Source: Candidatus Fermentithermobacillaceae bacterium
GTDB taxonomy: Bacteria > Bacillota > Sulfobacillia > Fermentithermobacillales > Fermentithermobacillaceae
Direction: 5' to 3'
DNA: 64,000 nucleotides
Assembly: GCA_018052455.1 (NCBI GenBank)
Contig: JAGPNE010000004.1
Coordinates: forward strand, 52,882-116,881
How positions within the stretch are numbered: the stretch's first letter is position 1; every line of letters starts with the position of its first letter. The position numbers were made by a program, and so were the translations under genes. This document shows positions 17,500-27,121 of the stretch, one piece after another. The notes under the pieces are model-generated. The model was not told where the DNA came from. It ran no database searches and saw nothing but the letters and a program-made list of their open reading frames with translations.

Positions 17500-18594
17500 C
17501 TAGACGTGGTCTAGTTGAGACAGGACAATGTCGATGTTCTCCTGGGCCAAGGAGGAGAATGTCGATAGTTTTTCATTCAGCTCTTGTTTGTAGATGTCAC
17601 CATCTCGGATCAACGCTGAGAATTCTTCTACAATGTCAAAGTTGGGTTCCTCTTGCGGGTATGGCAGAACTGGACAACCTGCGGTCCTGCAAAACGCACT
17701 GATTTTTGGGTCTATGTCTACCCCAATAAATGGGATTGCGACTCTAGATGATAGTATTAGAGTGTGTAATCGCATTCCCAGGCAAAATTGACCACAGCTG
17801 AGGATGCCAAGAGCGTCTTCGGGCGTGACATTAGAGACAACAGGCAATGGATCTATGTTCATTTTTGCAAGATCCTGGTTCAGTTCAGCGGTCAACGCCA
17901 GGTCTCTATCTTGCATTGCAAGAAAACACGGCGATAGTCCCTTTTTCCTGAGCAGAGATACAAGGGCTTTGATTTGGTCGTAAAACCAGGTCGGCGCATT
18001 TATGTCTCTTAGGGCAATCCAGACGATACTCTCTTGGGCGTCTACCTCATGGGACTCAAGAATTTCCCTCACTAGATGGTCTGGGGATGGTTCTAAAAGA
18101 AAAGCCGGGTCTGCCGTTACCTTTATGTCTTTGGTCACTCCTATTTTCAGGAGCTCCTCCTTGGAGTCAGCATCTCTTACGGTAACAGCTTGCACTTTTC
18201 CCATAGCCCTTCTCGTAAGCAGTCTACCCAAACGAGAGTTTATGGGACCAATTCCATTTGCGTATACAACTACAGGCTTCTCGTAGAAATCTGAGATATG
18301 AATTATAGAAAGGTAGTACAGAAGAGATCTAAAAGAAGTAGCGTCCTGCAGTAGACTTCCACCGCCGAAGATCACTAGATCTGACCTTTTCACGGCTTTT
18401 TTGACCTCGCCCAAAGACATTCTAGGATACGACTCTACACTGTATGTCTTGCTGGTTTCCTCGGGATGTTGAGAAAGAACCATGATATCGAGGTCAGGTC
18501 TGGCATTTCTCAGAGCTTTCACAGTAGAAGCTAGTATAGCTTCGTCCCCTATGTTGCCAAAACCATAATATCCGGAAAGGAGAATCCTACTCAC
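17500..18594 (-). CDS. csaB: Polysaccharide pyruvyl transferase CsaB
   Basis: ILLSGYYGFGNIGDEAIL, FGGGSLLQDATS.RSLLYYL, GMRLH; GTG 18594 after GAGGTG. Confidence 0.93.
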   Translation of the reverse strand: MSRILLSGYYGFGNIGDEAILASTVKALRNARPDLDIMVLSQHPEETSKTYSVESYPRMSLGEVKKAVKRSDLVIFGGGSLLQDATSFRSLLYYLSIIHISDFYEKPVVVYANGIGPINSRLGRLLTRRAMGKVQAVTVRDADSKEELLKIGVTKDIKVTADPAFLLEPSPDHLVREILESHEVDAQESIVWIALRDINAPTWFYDQIKALVSLLRKKGLSPCFLAMQDRDLALTAELNQDLAKMNIDPLPVVSNVTPEDALGILSCGQFCLGMRLHTLILSSRVAIPFIGVDIDPKISAFCRTAGCPVLPYPQEEPNFDIVEEFSALIRDGDIYKQELNEKLSTFSSLAQENIDIVLSQLDHV

Positions 18595-18648
18595 ACTTCC
18601 GCACCTCTTTTTCTTGCATAACCCGTGTACTGATCTATTGACCATAAG

Positions 18649-18676
18649 ACAGGATGAAAATCAAGTCTTTTTGAAT
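18649..18676 (+). promoter_or_regulatory. Sigma-H-like promoter upstream of tagA
   Basis: ACAGGA-N18-GAAT. Confidence 0.35.
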
Positions 18677-18800
18677 CATAACAAAAAAGGATACTCTTAA
18701 GGAAGTGTTGTATCCTTCGACAGATGGATAAGCGGACGGAATCTAAGACTATGGAGCACGAGAACCGTCCCCGTGTTACACTGAAAAGGGTGAGGACAGG

Positions 18801-19547
18801 TTGGCCGATATTCTTGGTGTTGAATTTTATCCTGTGACGCTTGGTGGTGCGTTGAGCACAATGGAGTGGATGCTCTCTCAAGAGGACGGTCGTACAAGGC
18901 TTGTTGTCACGGCTAATCCTATTATGGTTATGACCGCTCAGAAGGATCCTGAGTTTATGGAGATACTCAGACGGGCGGATCTGATTGTGCCTGATGGTGT
19001 AGGAATTCTCTGGGCGGCTCGCAGGAAAGGTCTGGATTTGCCTGAGAGGGTAACAGGTGTAGAATTGGCTTACGCTATGCTAGGTTCGGACGTTTCGCCT
19101 AAGGTTTTCTTTTTGGGTGGAAAAGAAGGGGTAGCGGAGAAAGCAGCTCAAAACGCTAGGGAGATGTTTCCTGGCGTCAGGATATCAGGGGCCCATCACG
19201 GATATTTCTCCTCTGATGAGGAGAGTGAAGTTGTAGAGGCCATCAGAGATAATGAAACAGATGTTCTGTTTTGCGCTATGGGATCGCCGAAGCAGGAAAA
19301 ATTCATATGGAAGCATAAAAACGAACTGGGTGCCAAAGTAGGCATAGGAGTTGGCGGGGTTCTTGATGTTTTGGCAGGAGAGAAGAAGAGGGCGCCTGAG
19401 CTTGTACAGAGACTGGGTCTGGAGTGGTTGTACAGGCTAATCCTCGAACCTAGCAGGATAAAACAGGACGTTTTACTATTGGAGTTTGCAGCCAGAGTCT
19501 TTTTTAGTGGCAGCGATGAAAAGGAAGATCGCAAATTGGAGGGCTAG
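18801..19547 (+). CDS. tagA: WecB/TagA/CpsF family glycosyltransferase (N-acetylmannosaminyltransferase)
   Basis: VVTANP, PDGVGI.WA, ERVTGV, G.PKQE, GVGGVLDV.AG, RAP...LGLEWLYRL. Confidence 0.9.
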   Translation: MADILGVEFYPVTLGGALSTMEWMLSQEDGRTRLVVTANPIMVMTAQKDPEFMEILRRADLIVPDGVGILWAARRKGLDLPERVTGVELAYAMLGSDVSPKVFFLGGKEGVAEKAAQNAREMFPGVRISGAHHGYFSSDEESEVVEAIRDNETDVLFCAMGSPKQEKFIWKHKNELGAKVGIGVGGVLDVLAGEKKRAPELVQRLGLEWLYRLILEPSRIKQDVLLLEFAARVFFSGSDEKEDRKLEG

Positions 19548-20405
19548 ATGATGCAGGAATCTCCAGGCGAGAGCATGGAAGAAACAGTTCGCTTAATAAA
19601 GGAAAAGGCAAGGGATATCAGAATCAACGTAATAAAGATGACATGTAAGGCTGGCTCGGGTCATCCGGGCGGGTCTTTGTCTTGCGCAGACATACTGAGC
19701 ACATTGTATTTTGGCAGGGTGCTTGATGTAAAGCCTGACGATCCTTTATGGCCCGATAGAGATAGATTTATTCTCTCTAAAGGTCATGCTGCTCCCGCGC
19801 TGTATGCGGCATTAGCTGAAAAGGGTTTTTTCTCAAAAGATCTCTTACCTACGCTCAGACAGTTGGGTTCACCTTTGCAAGGGCATCCTGACTGTCGCAA
19901 AGTTCCAGGGGTTGAAGTCTCTACAGGTTCTCTGGGTCAGGGCTTGTCCATGGGAGTGGGGATGGCTCTTGCAGGTAAATTGGACAAGAAGCAATACAGA
20001 GTCTGGGTACTGCTGGGAGATGGTGAATGTCAGGAAGGGCAGGTGTGGGAAGCCGCAATGGCGGCTTGTCACTACAAGCTAGACAACCTTACGGCTGTAG
20101 TTGACCACAATCACCTTCAGATAGACGGCAGGATTGAGGACATAATGTGCCCTGAACCTTTATCGGAGAAGTTCAGAGCATTCGGTTGGAACGTTCTTTC
20201 GGCAAACGGTCATAGCCCTTTGGAGCTTCTTAGTGCCTTTGAGAAGGCAAGTGCGGAAGAAGGACGCCCTTCCGTTGTAATTGCTGAGACTGTAAAGGGC
20301 AAGGGCGTGAGTTTCATGGAGAACAAGAAAGAATGGCATGGGAAAGCTCCGACTGCAGAAGAAGCGGTCAGAGCCATAGAAGAGTTGATGAGGCAAGAGG
20401 CTTAG
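19548..20405 (+). CDS. Transketolase, N-terminal subunit
   Basis: GSGHPGGSLS, RDRFILSKGH, STGSLGQG, GDGECQEGQVWEA TPP motif. Confidence 0.93.
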   Translation: MMQESPGESMEETVRLIKEKARDIRINVIKMTCKAGSGHPGGSLSCADILSTLYFGRVLDVKPDDPLWPDRDRFILSKGHAAPALYAALAEKGFFSKDLLPTLRQLGSPLQGHPDCRKVPGVEVSTGSLGQGLSMGVGMALAGKLDKKQYRVWVLLGDGECQEGQVWEAAMAACHYKLDNLTAVVDHNHLQIDGRIEDIMCPEPLSEKFRAFGWNVLSANGHSPLELLSAFEKASAEEGRPSVVIAETVKGKGVSFMENKKEWHGKAPTAEEAVRAIEELMRQEA

Positions 20406-20458
20406 CAGTTCATCCATGTCGTTTTCGTAGAATTAGTGTGCAAAAGGGTGAATTAAGA

Positions 20459-21487
20459 ATGTCTGAAGTGTCTGAAATGAAAGCAACAAGGGACGCCTAT
20501 GGTGAGACCTTGGTTGAACTAGGCAGGGAGAATCCTGGTATCTGTGTGCTGGATGCGGATCTGTCTTCCTCTACCAAGACATCTATGTTCGCAAAAGCGT
20601 TCCCTGACCGGTTTTTTAACGCTGGAATAGCGGAAGCTAATATGATGGGTATTGCGGCAGGACTTGCACGATCGGGTAAGGTTCCTTTTGCATCGACTTT
20701 TGCTGTGTTCGCAAGCGGCAGGACATATGATCAAGTGCGACAGTCGATTGCCTATCCTGGCTTCAACGTCAAGATAGTAGCTTCTCACGGCGGGCTTACC
20801 GTAGGACCCGATGGAGCATCTCACCAAGCCCTGGAGGATATCGCACTTATGAGGGCAATTCCGGGCATGGTAGTTGTAGTGCCTTGCGATGCACAGGAAA
20901 CACGCCTTGCTGTAAGGGCTGCGGCTGCTTATGAAGGGCCGGTCTACATTAGGTTGGGTAGGGAGAAAGTGCCGCAGATTCTCAAACCCTATGAGATCTT
21001 TGAGATCGGAAGGGGCTTGGTTCTGTGGCCTGAATTGTCCGAAGGTTCTATCGATGATCCTATAGAAGAGAGATTGCGTTCGGATTCGGAGGAACCACCT
21101 TTTGACGTCTGTTTCATAGCTTGCGGAGTGACGGTTCAGCCGGCTTTGGAAGCGGCCCAAACTCTTGAAGGAGAAGGGATTTCGTGTCTTGTCATAGACA
21201 TGGCATGCATAAAACCCATCGACGAAGCCTTGCTAGGAAAAGCTGCAAGGAGCAGTCGGGTGATCATAACCTGTGAGGAACATAACATCATTGGTGGTTT
21301 GGGTAGCGCAGTATGCGAAACTGTGAGCAGAATACATCCAGTCCCTGTGATCCGCCTAGGTGTTAACGATGAATTCGGCCAGTCTGGTTCGGCTAAGGAA
21401 CTCATGGAAGCTTACGGGCTTACGCGTGAAAGGTTTTGCGAAGAAGCAAGGAGCTTTCTGGGAACGTGGTGGCAGTTTTTCTCATAA
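20459..21487 (+). CDS. Transketolase, C-terminal subunit
   Basis: ATRDAYG, DADLSSST, GIAEANM, GPDGASHQALED, EEHNIIGGLG. Confidence 0.93.
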   Translation: MSEVSEMKATRDAYGETLVELGRENPGICVLDADLSSSTKTSMFAKAFPDRFFNAGIAEANMMGIAAGLARSGKVPFASTFAVFASGRTYDQVRQSIAYPGFNVKIVASHGGLTVGPDGASHQALEDIALMRAIPGMVVVVPCDAQETRLAVRAAAAYEGPVYIRLGREKVPQILKPYEIFEIGRGLVLWPELSEGSIDDPIEERLRSDSEEPPFDVCFIACGVTVQPALEAAQTLEGEGISCLVIDMACIKPIDEALLGKAARSSRVIITCEEHNIIGGLGSAVCETVSRIHPVPVIRLGVNDEFGQSGSAKELMEAYGLTRERFCEEARSFLGTWWQFFS

Positions 21488-21512
21488 AGTCGCATACTAG
21501 CCGTATCTGGGA

Positions 21513-21541
21513 ACAGGATGCGCAGGAATTGTGTCGAATAA
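21513..21541 (+). promoter_or_regulatory. Sigma-H-like promoter upstream of ftsE
   Basis: ACAGGATGC-11 bp-GTCGAATAA (AGGA-N17-GAAT). Confidence 0.55.
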
Positions 21542-21586
21542 TAGTATGCAAGCACAAGGACATTTTTCGTTGGGGTACTACGGCAG

Positions 21587-22276
21587 GTGACTAATTTGAT
21601 CAGTTTGAGGAATGTATCTAAAGATTATGGCAGCAGCGTGAAAGCCTTGGACTCGGTAACTCTTGGCATAGACAAGGGCGAGTTTGTGTTTATTGTGGGT
21701 CCTAGCGGCGCAGGCAAATCCACCCTCATTAAGCTATTATATAGAGAAGAAGTACCGTCTGACGGTCAAGTTGTGGTTTTAGGCAAAGACATGGCGAAGA
21801 TTCGGCGAAGGGAGATCCCTTTTCTCAGACGACGTATAGGCGTCGTGTTCCAAGATTTCAAGCTGCTTGAGGACAAGACCATAGGAGAGAACATATCTTT
21901 CGCTTTAGAGGTTACGGGTGCGCCAACACGCGAAATCAAGAAGAGGGTAACGCAAGTGTTGAACCTAGTTGGCCTGAAAGACAGGAAGGATGCGTATCCT
22001 AATGAACTGTCAGGGGGGGAGCAGCAAAGAATTGCAATTGCCAGAGCACTCGTCCGGAATCCTGATATTCTCTTGGCAGATGAACCTTCTGGTAATCTAG
22101 ATCCTAAGACGTCTCATGAGATTTTTAGCCTTCTCGAGCGCGCTAACATGTACGGCACAACTGTAGTGGTTGCAACTCATGCACAGGATATGGTCAATCT
22201 CTTGAAGAAGAGAGTAATCGAACTCAGAAACGGCACACTCATACGTGACGAGAGAAGAGGGGCGTATAGTTCTTGA
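21587..22276 (+). CDS. ftsE: Cell division ATP-binding protein FtsE
   Basis: GPSGAGKST, IGVVFQDFKLL, LSGGEQQR, LLADEPSGNLDP. Confidence 0.95.
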   Translation: MTNLISLRNVSKDYGSSVKALDSVTLGIDKGEFVFIVGPSGAGKSTLIKLLYREEVPSDGQVVVLGKDMAKIRRREIPFLRRRIGVVFQDFKLLEDKTIGENISFALEVTGAPTREIKKRVTQVLNLVGLKDRKDAYPNELSGGEQQRIAIARALVRNPDILLADEPSGNLDPKTSHEIFSLLERANMYGTTVVVATHAQDMVNLLKKRVIELRNGTLIRDERRGAYSS

Positions 22277-23157
22277 GGTTCATAGGATATGTGTTCTCTG
22301 AAGCTTTTAGGAGTCTATGGCGCAACAAACTTTCGTCATTTCTTTCATCTCTCACAACAGGGTTTGCGTTGTTTCTGCTGGGGATTAGTTTTTTAGTGAG
22401 CATTAACCTAGGTTACATATATACGGTAGCGGAACAGCAGATGGAGATCCAAGCATATATCATAAAAGACGCAACTGCCGAGCAGATCTCTACAGCTGTA
22501 GATCAGGTGCAGAAAATACAGGGTGTTAGCACCGTAAAATATGTGAGCAAGGAAGATGCTCTTGAAGAATTGAAATTGATGTTCAAGGACAAGGCGTCTG
22601 TGCTCGACTCTTTGAAAGAAGAAAACCCTTTGCCTGCGAGCATAAGGGTGAGAACTAGCAGTGTGGAACAAATCGACGCTGTTGTGGCTGAGATTCGAAC
22701 TCTTGATGTTGTAGACGATGTTATTTACCAAGAGGAAGTCTCTAGGCGAATGATGTCCATTGGCCGGGCTGTTCAATATGTGTCTCTTGGCGGTATGGTT
22801 GCAGTAGGGGCAGTTTCCATAATGGTCATAGGGAATTCGATTAGGTTGACGATCGATTCTAGACGGCACGAAATCGCGGTAATGAAGCTCGTAGGTGCTA
22901 CCGATGGATTTGTTGTGGGGCCCTTCATACTTGAGGGAGTAGTAATAGGCATATTTGGGAGCATTTTGGGTACCGTCTTTGCAGTTGGCATTTACAATTG
23001 GCTCTTTGAAAAGCTTTACGAGTTCATTCCATTTGTACCAATGTATGTGCTGGATGCTCAGTCGAAACTGCAGATGTTTGGGATAATGGCTGTTACGGGG
23101 ATCGTGGTTGGGGTCGCAGGTTCGGTGCTTTCTGTCCGAAGACATCTGAAAGTGTAA
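22273..23157 (+). CDS. ftsX: Cell division permease FtsX
   Basis: EAFRSLWRN, YVSKEDAL, NPLP, I.NSIRLTIDSRRHEIAVMKLVGAT. Confidence 0.93.
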   Translation: MRFIGYVFSEAFRSLWRNKLSSFLSSLTTGFALFLLGISFLVSINLGYIYTVAEQQMEIQAYIIKDATAEQISTAVDQVQKIQGVSTVKYVSKEDALEELKLMFKDKASVLDSLKEENPLPASIRVRTSSVEQIDAVVAEIRTLDVVDDVIYQEEVSRRMMSIGRAVQYVSLGGMVAVGAVSIMVIGNSIRLTIDSRRHEIAVMKLVGATDGFVVGPFILEGVVIGIFGSILGTVFAVGIYNWLFEKLYEFIPFVPMYVLDAQSKLQMFGIMAVTGIVVGVAGSVLSVRRHLKV

Positions 23158-23174
23158 TCGCTAGGGGGGTTGTT

Positions 23175-24338
23175 ATGAAAAAAGGCAGATCTAGATGCAA
23201 AAGTATCATGGCGTTGGTTCTGCTTGCTGCCTTTTGCCTTGCTTTCATTCCATACCTCAATGTTGCAAGAGCAGGAATTCTGGATGATAAATACACAGAA
23301 CTTGAGCAGATGCAAAAGGAAATTGAGCAATATCAGAAACAGATTGATTCAAAACGGCGCTCAGAGAGTTCTGTCCTGAAGGAACTAGAGAAGTTGGAGA
23401 TGGAGCTTACTTTGTCGGAGAAGGAACTCGCCTACATGGTAGCTCGAATTGAATATCTAAATGGAAGAATAGATGAAACAAAAAATGAAATCAAAGATAT
23501 GGAAGATAAGATAGCAGAGCAGAAAGGTCTTTTCGACGAAAGACTCGTTTCTATGTACAAAGCCGGGAGAATGTCTTACCTGGAAATACTATTGAATTCA
23601 GATAGCATCTCGGATTTCACGGCTAGGTTGTACTATCTTCGGGAGGTGGCCCAGGATGACGTCCGCCTTATCGAAGAGTACGAAGCTATGAAAGTTGCGC
23701 TTGACGAGAAAAAAGAAGTGCTTGAGAAAGACCTTAACGACATAACCTGGTCAAAGAAGCAAGAGGAGCAAAAAAGAGCTGCGGTCGCCTCTCGAAGCAC
23801 AGACAGGGAAAGATATCTGGCACAATTGCAGCAGGATAGGAAGAAGCTTGAAGAAACCCTGGACGAAATGGAGCGCGAGTCTAAAGCTCTGGAGCAGGTG
23901 ATTGTAGAACTTCAAGCACAGGGTCATCAGCGTGAAAAACCTGAGGGCCTGTCTATGATACGTCCTGTTTCGGGCGGGTGGATAAGTGACGAATATGGAA
24001 ACAGGTGGCACCCAATACTTGGAAAATACAAATTTCATTCAGGCATAGATATTGCCGTCAATTCCGGTACTCCTATAAAGGCCGCGGAAGATGGAACTGT
24101 TATCTTGTCCGGTTCCAATGGCGGGTACGGGCTTTGCGTAATCATTGACCATGGCGGCGGTATTTCAACCCTTTACGGTCATGCTTCTAAGCTATTAGTG
24201 AAAGTCGGAGATGTGGTTACAAGAGGCGAATCGATTGCCCTGGCTGGGAGCACAGGGGTGTCTACCGGTCCTCACCTTCACTTTGAAGTACGTGTGAAAG
24301 GTGTTACGGACAACCCGAAGAATTGGGTATCTTTTTAG
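23175..24338 (+). CDS. Coiled-coil M23 peptidase / murein hydrolase activator (EnvC-like)
   Basis: Signal peptide, long coiled coil, HSGID and STGPHLHFEV M23 motifs. Confidence 0.88.
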   Translation: MKKGRSRCKSIMALVLLAAFCLAFIPYLNVARAGILDDKYTELEQMQKEIEQYQKQIDSKRRSESSVLKELEKLEMELTLSEKELAYMVARIEYLNGRIDETKNEIKDMEDKIAEQKGLFDERLVSMYKAGRMSYLEILLNSDSISDFTARLYYLREVAQDDVRLIEEYEAMKVALDEKKEVLEKDLNDITWSKKQEEQKRAAVASRSTDRERYLAQLQQDRKKLEETLDEMERESKALEQVIVELQAQGHQREKPEGLSMIRPVSGGWISDEYGNRWHPILGKYKFHSGIDIAVNSGTPIKAAEDGTVILSGSNGGYGLCVIIDHGGGISTLYGHASKLLVKVGDVVTRGESIALAGSTGVSTGPHLHFEVRVKGVTDNPKNWVSF

Positions 24339-24349
24339 ACCATATATTG

Positions 24350-24460
24350 GGTCTCATGACGCACATGTAACTACTGCTTATCCAGGTTGGTATGGGAGTC
24401 TTATGCACAAGCCGGTCGTGCCAACCTGGGTAAGCAGTTTCGTCTTGGATGTGCTAGACT
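24350..24460 (+). ncRNA. Long intergenic rod-like hairpin, unidentified
   Basis: 20-bp arms 24373-24392 / 24419-24438 with two G-U pairs, plus outer gcacat/atgtgc and ggtct/agact pairings. Confidence 0.4.
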
Positions 24461-24543
24461 AAGTATGATACCTCATGTCTTGTGCAAGATCTGAATGCAG
24501 TAGACTGTTGTGGCTCAACAAAGCAAAGAACGGCGGTGGCTCT

Positions 24544-25668
24544 ATGGAAAGCAGCTCGAAGCGAAAAACCGTAAGACTATGTGTTATCACAGCCCTTATA
24601 TCTGTTCTAGTGACACTTGGATTATGTTCATACCTTGTGATTAGTTATACTCCTATAGCAAAAGTATACGAAGTCCTAAGGGTTTTGGACCAAGCATACT
24701 ACAAGGATTTCGACAAAACTAGTTTGATGGAGGGTGCTCCACGCGGGGTTGTGTCAGCTCTCGGCGATCCTTACACCACATACATGACAAAAAAAGAGTG
24801 GACCGAGTTTTACATCACCACTAGCGGTGAATACTCTGGCGTCGGTATCACTATAGGGGTAAAGGATGGGAAAATTACCGTTGTCGCGCCAATGAAGGGA
24901 ACCCCCGCCGACAAGGCCGGTATCAAGGCAAATGACATAATTCTCAGCGTTGATGGCAAAGACGTCGCTACTAGCGACGAAGCTGCGTCCCTGATCAGAG
25001 GCCCTGCTGGAAGCGAAGTGAGCATCAGCGTATATCGCAATGGCGAAACCCTTGAGTTTGTGCTTGTGAGAGAGAACATTGTGATTCCTGCCGTAAACTA
25101 TGAAATGAAGGAAGGTACCATAGGCTACATCGAACTCATAACTTTTAGCGAAAATGCCGCTGTAGAAACGTCTAATGCTCTGAAGGACCTAAAGGCCCAG
25201 GGTGCTCAGGCAATCATACTTGATCTGCGCTACAATGGTGGAGGCCTCTTAGACAAGTGCATAGACATTGCGAACTTGTTTGTACCTAAAGGCACGGTTG
25301 TTACTATCAGCGGAAGAAAGTTCGAGAAGACGAGCTTCAACTCATCGGGGACGGGATTGGGCATGCCGCTTTTTGTCCTGGTCAACGAGGGGACTGCCAG
25401 TGCCTCAGAAATCTTGGCGGGAGCCATACAAGATTACGAGGTAGGCACTTTGATAGGCAAGACTACCTTTGGGAAAGGTCTGGTGCAGAATTCCTATGAG
25501 CTAAGCGATGGGTCGTATGTCAAAGTCACAATAGCCGAATACCTGACTCCTAAGGGGCGTTCTATCCATGGAATAGGGCTTGAGCCGGACGTGATCATAG
25601 AAGGTGACGAGGAACAGCTTGCAAAGGCGTTGGAACTTGCCAAGGCTGAGATTAATAGGACTTTCTAG
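24544..25668 (+). CDS. S41 carboxy-terminal processing protease (CtpA/CtpB family)
   Basis: LGDPYT, PDZ domain GVGITI, LDLRYNGGG, GTASASEILAG, TFGKG. Confidence 0.92.
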   Translation: MESSSKRKTVRLCVITALISVLVTLGLCSYLVISYTPIAKVYEVLRVLDQAYYKDFDKTSLMEGAPRGVVSALGDPYTTYMTKKEWTEFYITTSGEYSGVGITIGVKDGKITVVAPMKGTPADKAGIKANDIILSVDGKDVATSDEAASLIRGPAGSEVSISVYRNGETLEFVLVRENIVIPAVNYEMKEGTIGYIELITFSENAAVETSNALKDLKAQGAQAIILDLRYNGGGLLDKCIDIANLFVPKGTVVTISGRKFEKTSFNSSGTGLGMPLFVLVNEGTASASEILAGAIQDYEVGTLIGKTTFGKGLVQNSYELSDGSYVKVTIAEYLTPKGRSIHGIGLEPDVIIEGDEEQLAKALELAKAEINRTF

Positions 25669-25703
25669 CCTCTATCCGGTTTTCGTATGAGAGGGGAATA
25701 CAT

Positions 25704-26996
25704 GTGGGCCCATTGATTGAGCTGATTGGTTCGGTTATTCGTTCTTACCCGAGTATATTTAGCAATGCTGTGGTAGATGGCTTGTATTTGGTTGTGCTGG
25801 TTCTTGTGGCAGTTCAGTATCACAAGATACAGTCTCTTGAGGAGAAAATGTATGGTGCAGCGAAGAACAAGGCGTTTCGCAATACACTTTACGCCATAGG
25901 CCTTGGGCTGGTGGGTGGATTGCTTGCGAGCCTCCTTTTGGTTGTAGTTGGGGTGTCAGTAAGTGACAGTGGGATAGGTTACCTTTTTCCACTGGCTTTA
26001 TTGCTGTTTCTGGTAGGCCCCAGATTTGTGTGTTACTCGTATGCAGGTGGTCTTGCGGGCCTTAGTTACCTTCTATTTGGGTGGCCGAAGATCAACGTGC
26101 CGTCGGTTATGGGTCTCGTTGCATGTCTTCATGCTGCGGAATCTTTTCTAATAAGGATATCGGGGCATTCGTGCTCTACTCCTTTTTATGTTTCGCGTAA
26201 GGACGGGCAGGTAGTTGGCGGCTTTGCACTTCAGCGGTTTTGGCCTATTCCCCTTATTGTGTTATTTCTTATACAAGCGCCATTTCTTGCAGATGTACAG
26301 GACCTGATTTACCTTCCCGATTGGTGGCCATTGATAAGGACACCTTCTGAACTACGCGCCGAACACATGATTTTTGCAATGATGCCCGTAATTGCGGCAC
26401 TAGGTTACGGTGATATCGCTGTTGCAACAAACCCCAAGGATAAATCCATAAGCACATCGAAGAACCTCATGCTCTTTAGCGTGGTTTTACTGGTCCTTTC
26501 AATTATGGCATCAAGATGGCCTTTTTTTGCGTGGGTCGCGGTATTGTTCTCGCCAATTGGACATGAACTGGTGATAAAGAAAGGCCTTAAGGAGGAGTTT
26601 GAAAATCCCCCGATATATGTGCCGCCTGAGAAAGGTGTCATGGTCCTTGACGTTGTGCATGGCAGTGTTTCAGAAAAGTCGGGGATCAGAAGTGGAGACA
26701 TAATAGTCTCAGTTGATGGCTTGGAAGTAGGTTCCAGGGATGATTTTGCAAATAGCATTGAGTCTTCAGAATCAGAAACTGTGGTTTTGACTGTAAAGAG
26801 AACCGGTGAAGATGGTAAGGCCGAAACGATCCATACTGACGTTCGAAGAACCCATGGGGAAGCCCTAGGGATAATCCTGGTTCCCGAGCCGGGAGATGAG
26901 CCCATGGTGAGCCAATACAGCGAAGGGATCATCGTCACGTTCATAAAGAAAATGCTAAGAAAGAAGTCACTCAAACCTACAGATACTAACCAGTAG
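25704..26996 (+). CDS. minJ: Multi-TM PDZ-domain protein, MinJ-like
   Basis: Several TM helices, C-terminal PDZ (GVMVLDV..GS.SEKSGIRSGDII); ftsEX-ctp-minJ-uvrB order as in Bacillus. Confidence 0.75.
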   Translation: MGPLIELIGSVIRSYPSIFSNAVVDGLYLVVLVLVAVQYHKIQSLEEKMYGAAKNKAFRNTLYAIGLGLVGGLLASLLLVVVGVSVSDSGIGYLFPLALLLFLVGPRFVCYSYAGGLAGLSYLLFGWPKINVPSVMGLVACLHAAESFLIRISGHSCSTPFYVSRKDGQVVGGFALQRFWPIPLIVLFLIQAPFLADVQDLIYLPDWWPLIRTPSELRAEHMIFAMMPVIAALGYGDIAVATNPKDKSISTSKNLMLFSVVLLVLSIMASRWPFFAWVAVLFSPIGHELVIKKGLKEEFENPPIYVPPEKGVMVLDVVHGSVSEKSGIRSGDIIVSVDGLEVGSRDDFANSIESSESETVVLTVKRTGEDGKAETIHTDVRRTHGEALGIILVPEPGDEPMVSQYSEGIIVTFIKKMLRKKSLKPTDTNQ

Positions 26997-27072
26997 TCTC
27001 ACGGCAAAGCAAGGTTTTCCTGTGGAAACACCGCCTACACATAGGGTTTATTTTCATGTCTGGACGCATATA

Positions 27073-27107
27073 GAACATTTGATTGCCTACCCCTCGCCGG
27101 TTATAAT
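27073..27107 (+). promoter_or_regulatory. uvrB sigma-A promoter overlapped by a degenerate LexA (Cheo) box
   Basis: TTGATT(27079)-17 bp-TATAAT(27102); GAAC-ATTT-GATT versus GAAC-N4-GTTC. Confidence 0.6.
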
Positions 27108-27121
27108 AAATGGACGGGGGA

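Noticed and set aside
22408-23145. 245-aa minus-strand ORF and other long antisense ORFs (e.g. 20519-21160, 49715-50542, 54311-55411, 62984-63784)
   Set aside because: They lie opposite well-supported genes and lack motifs and RBSs, so they are shadow ORFs
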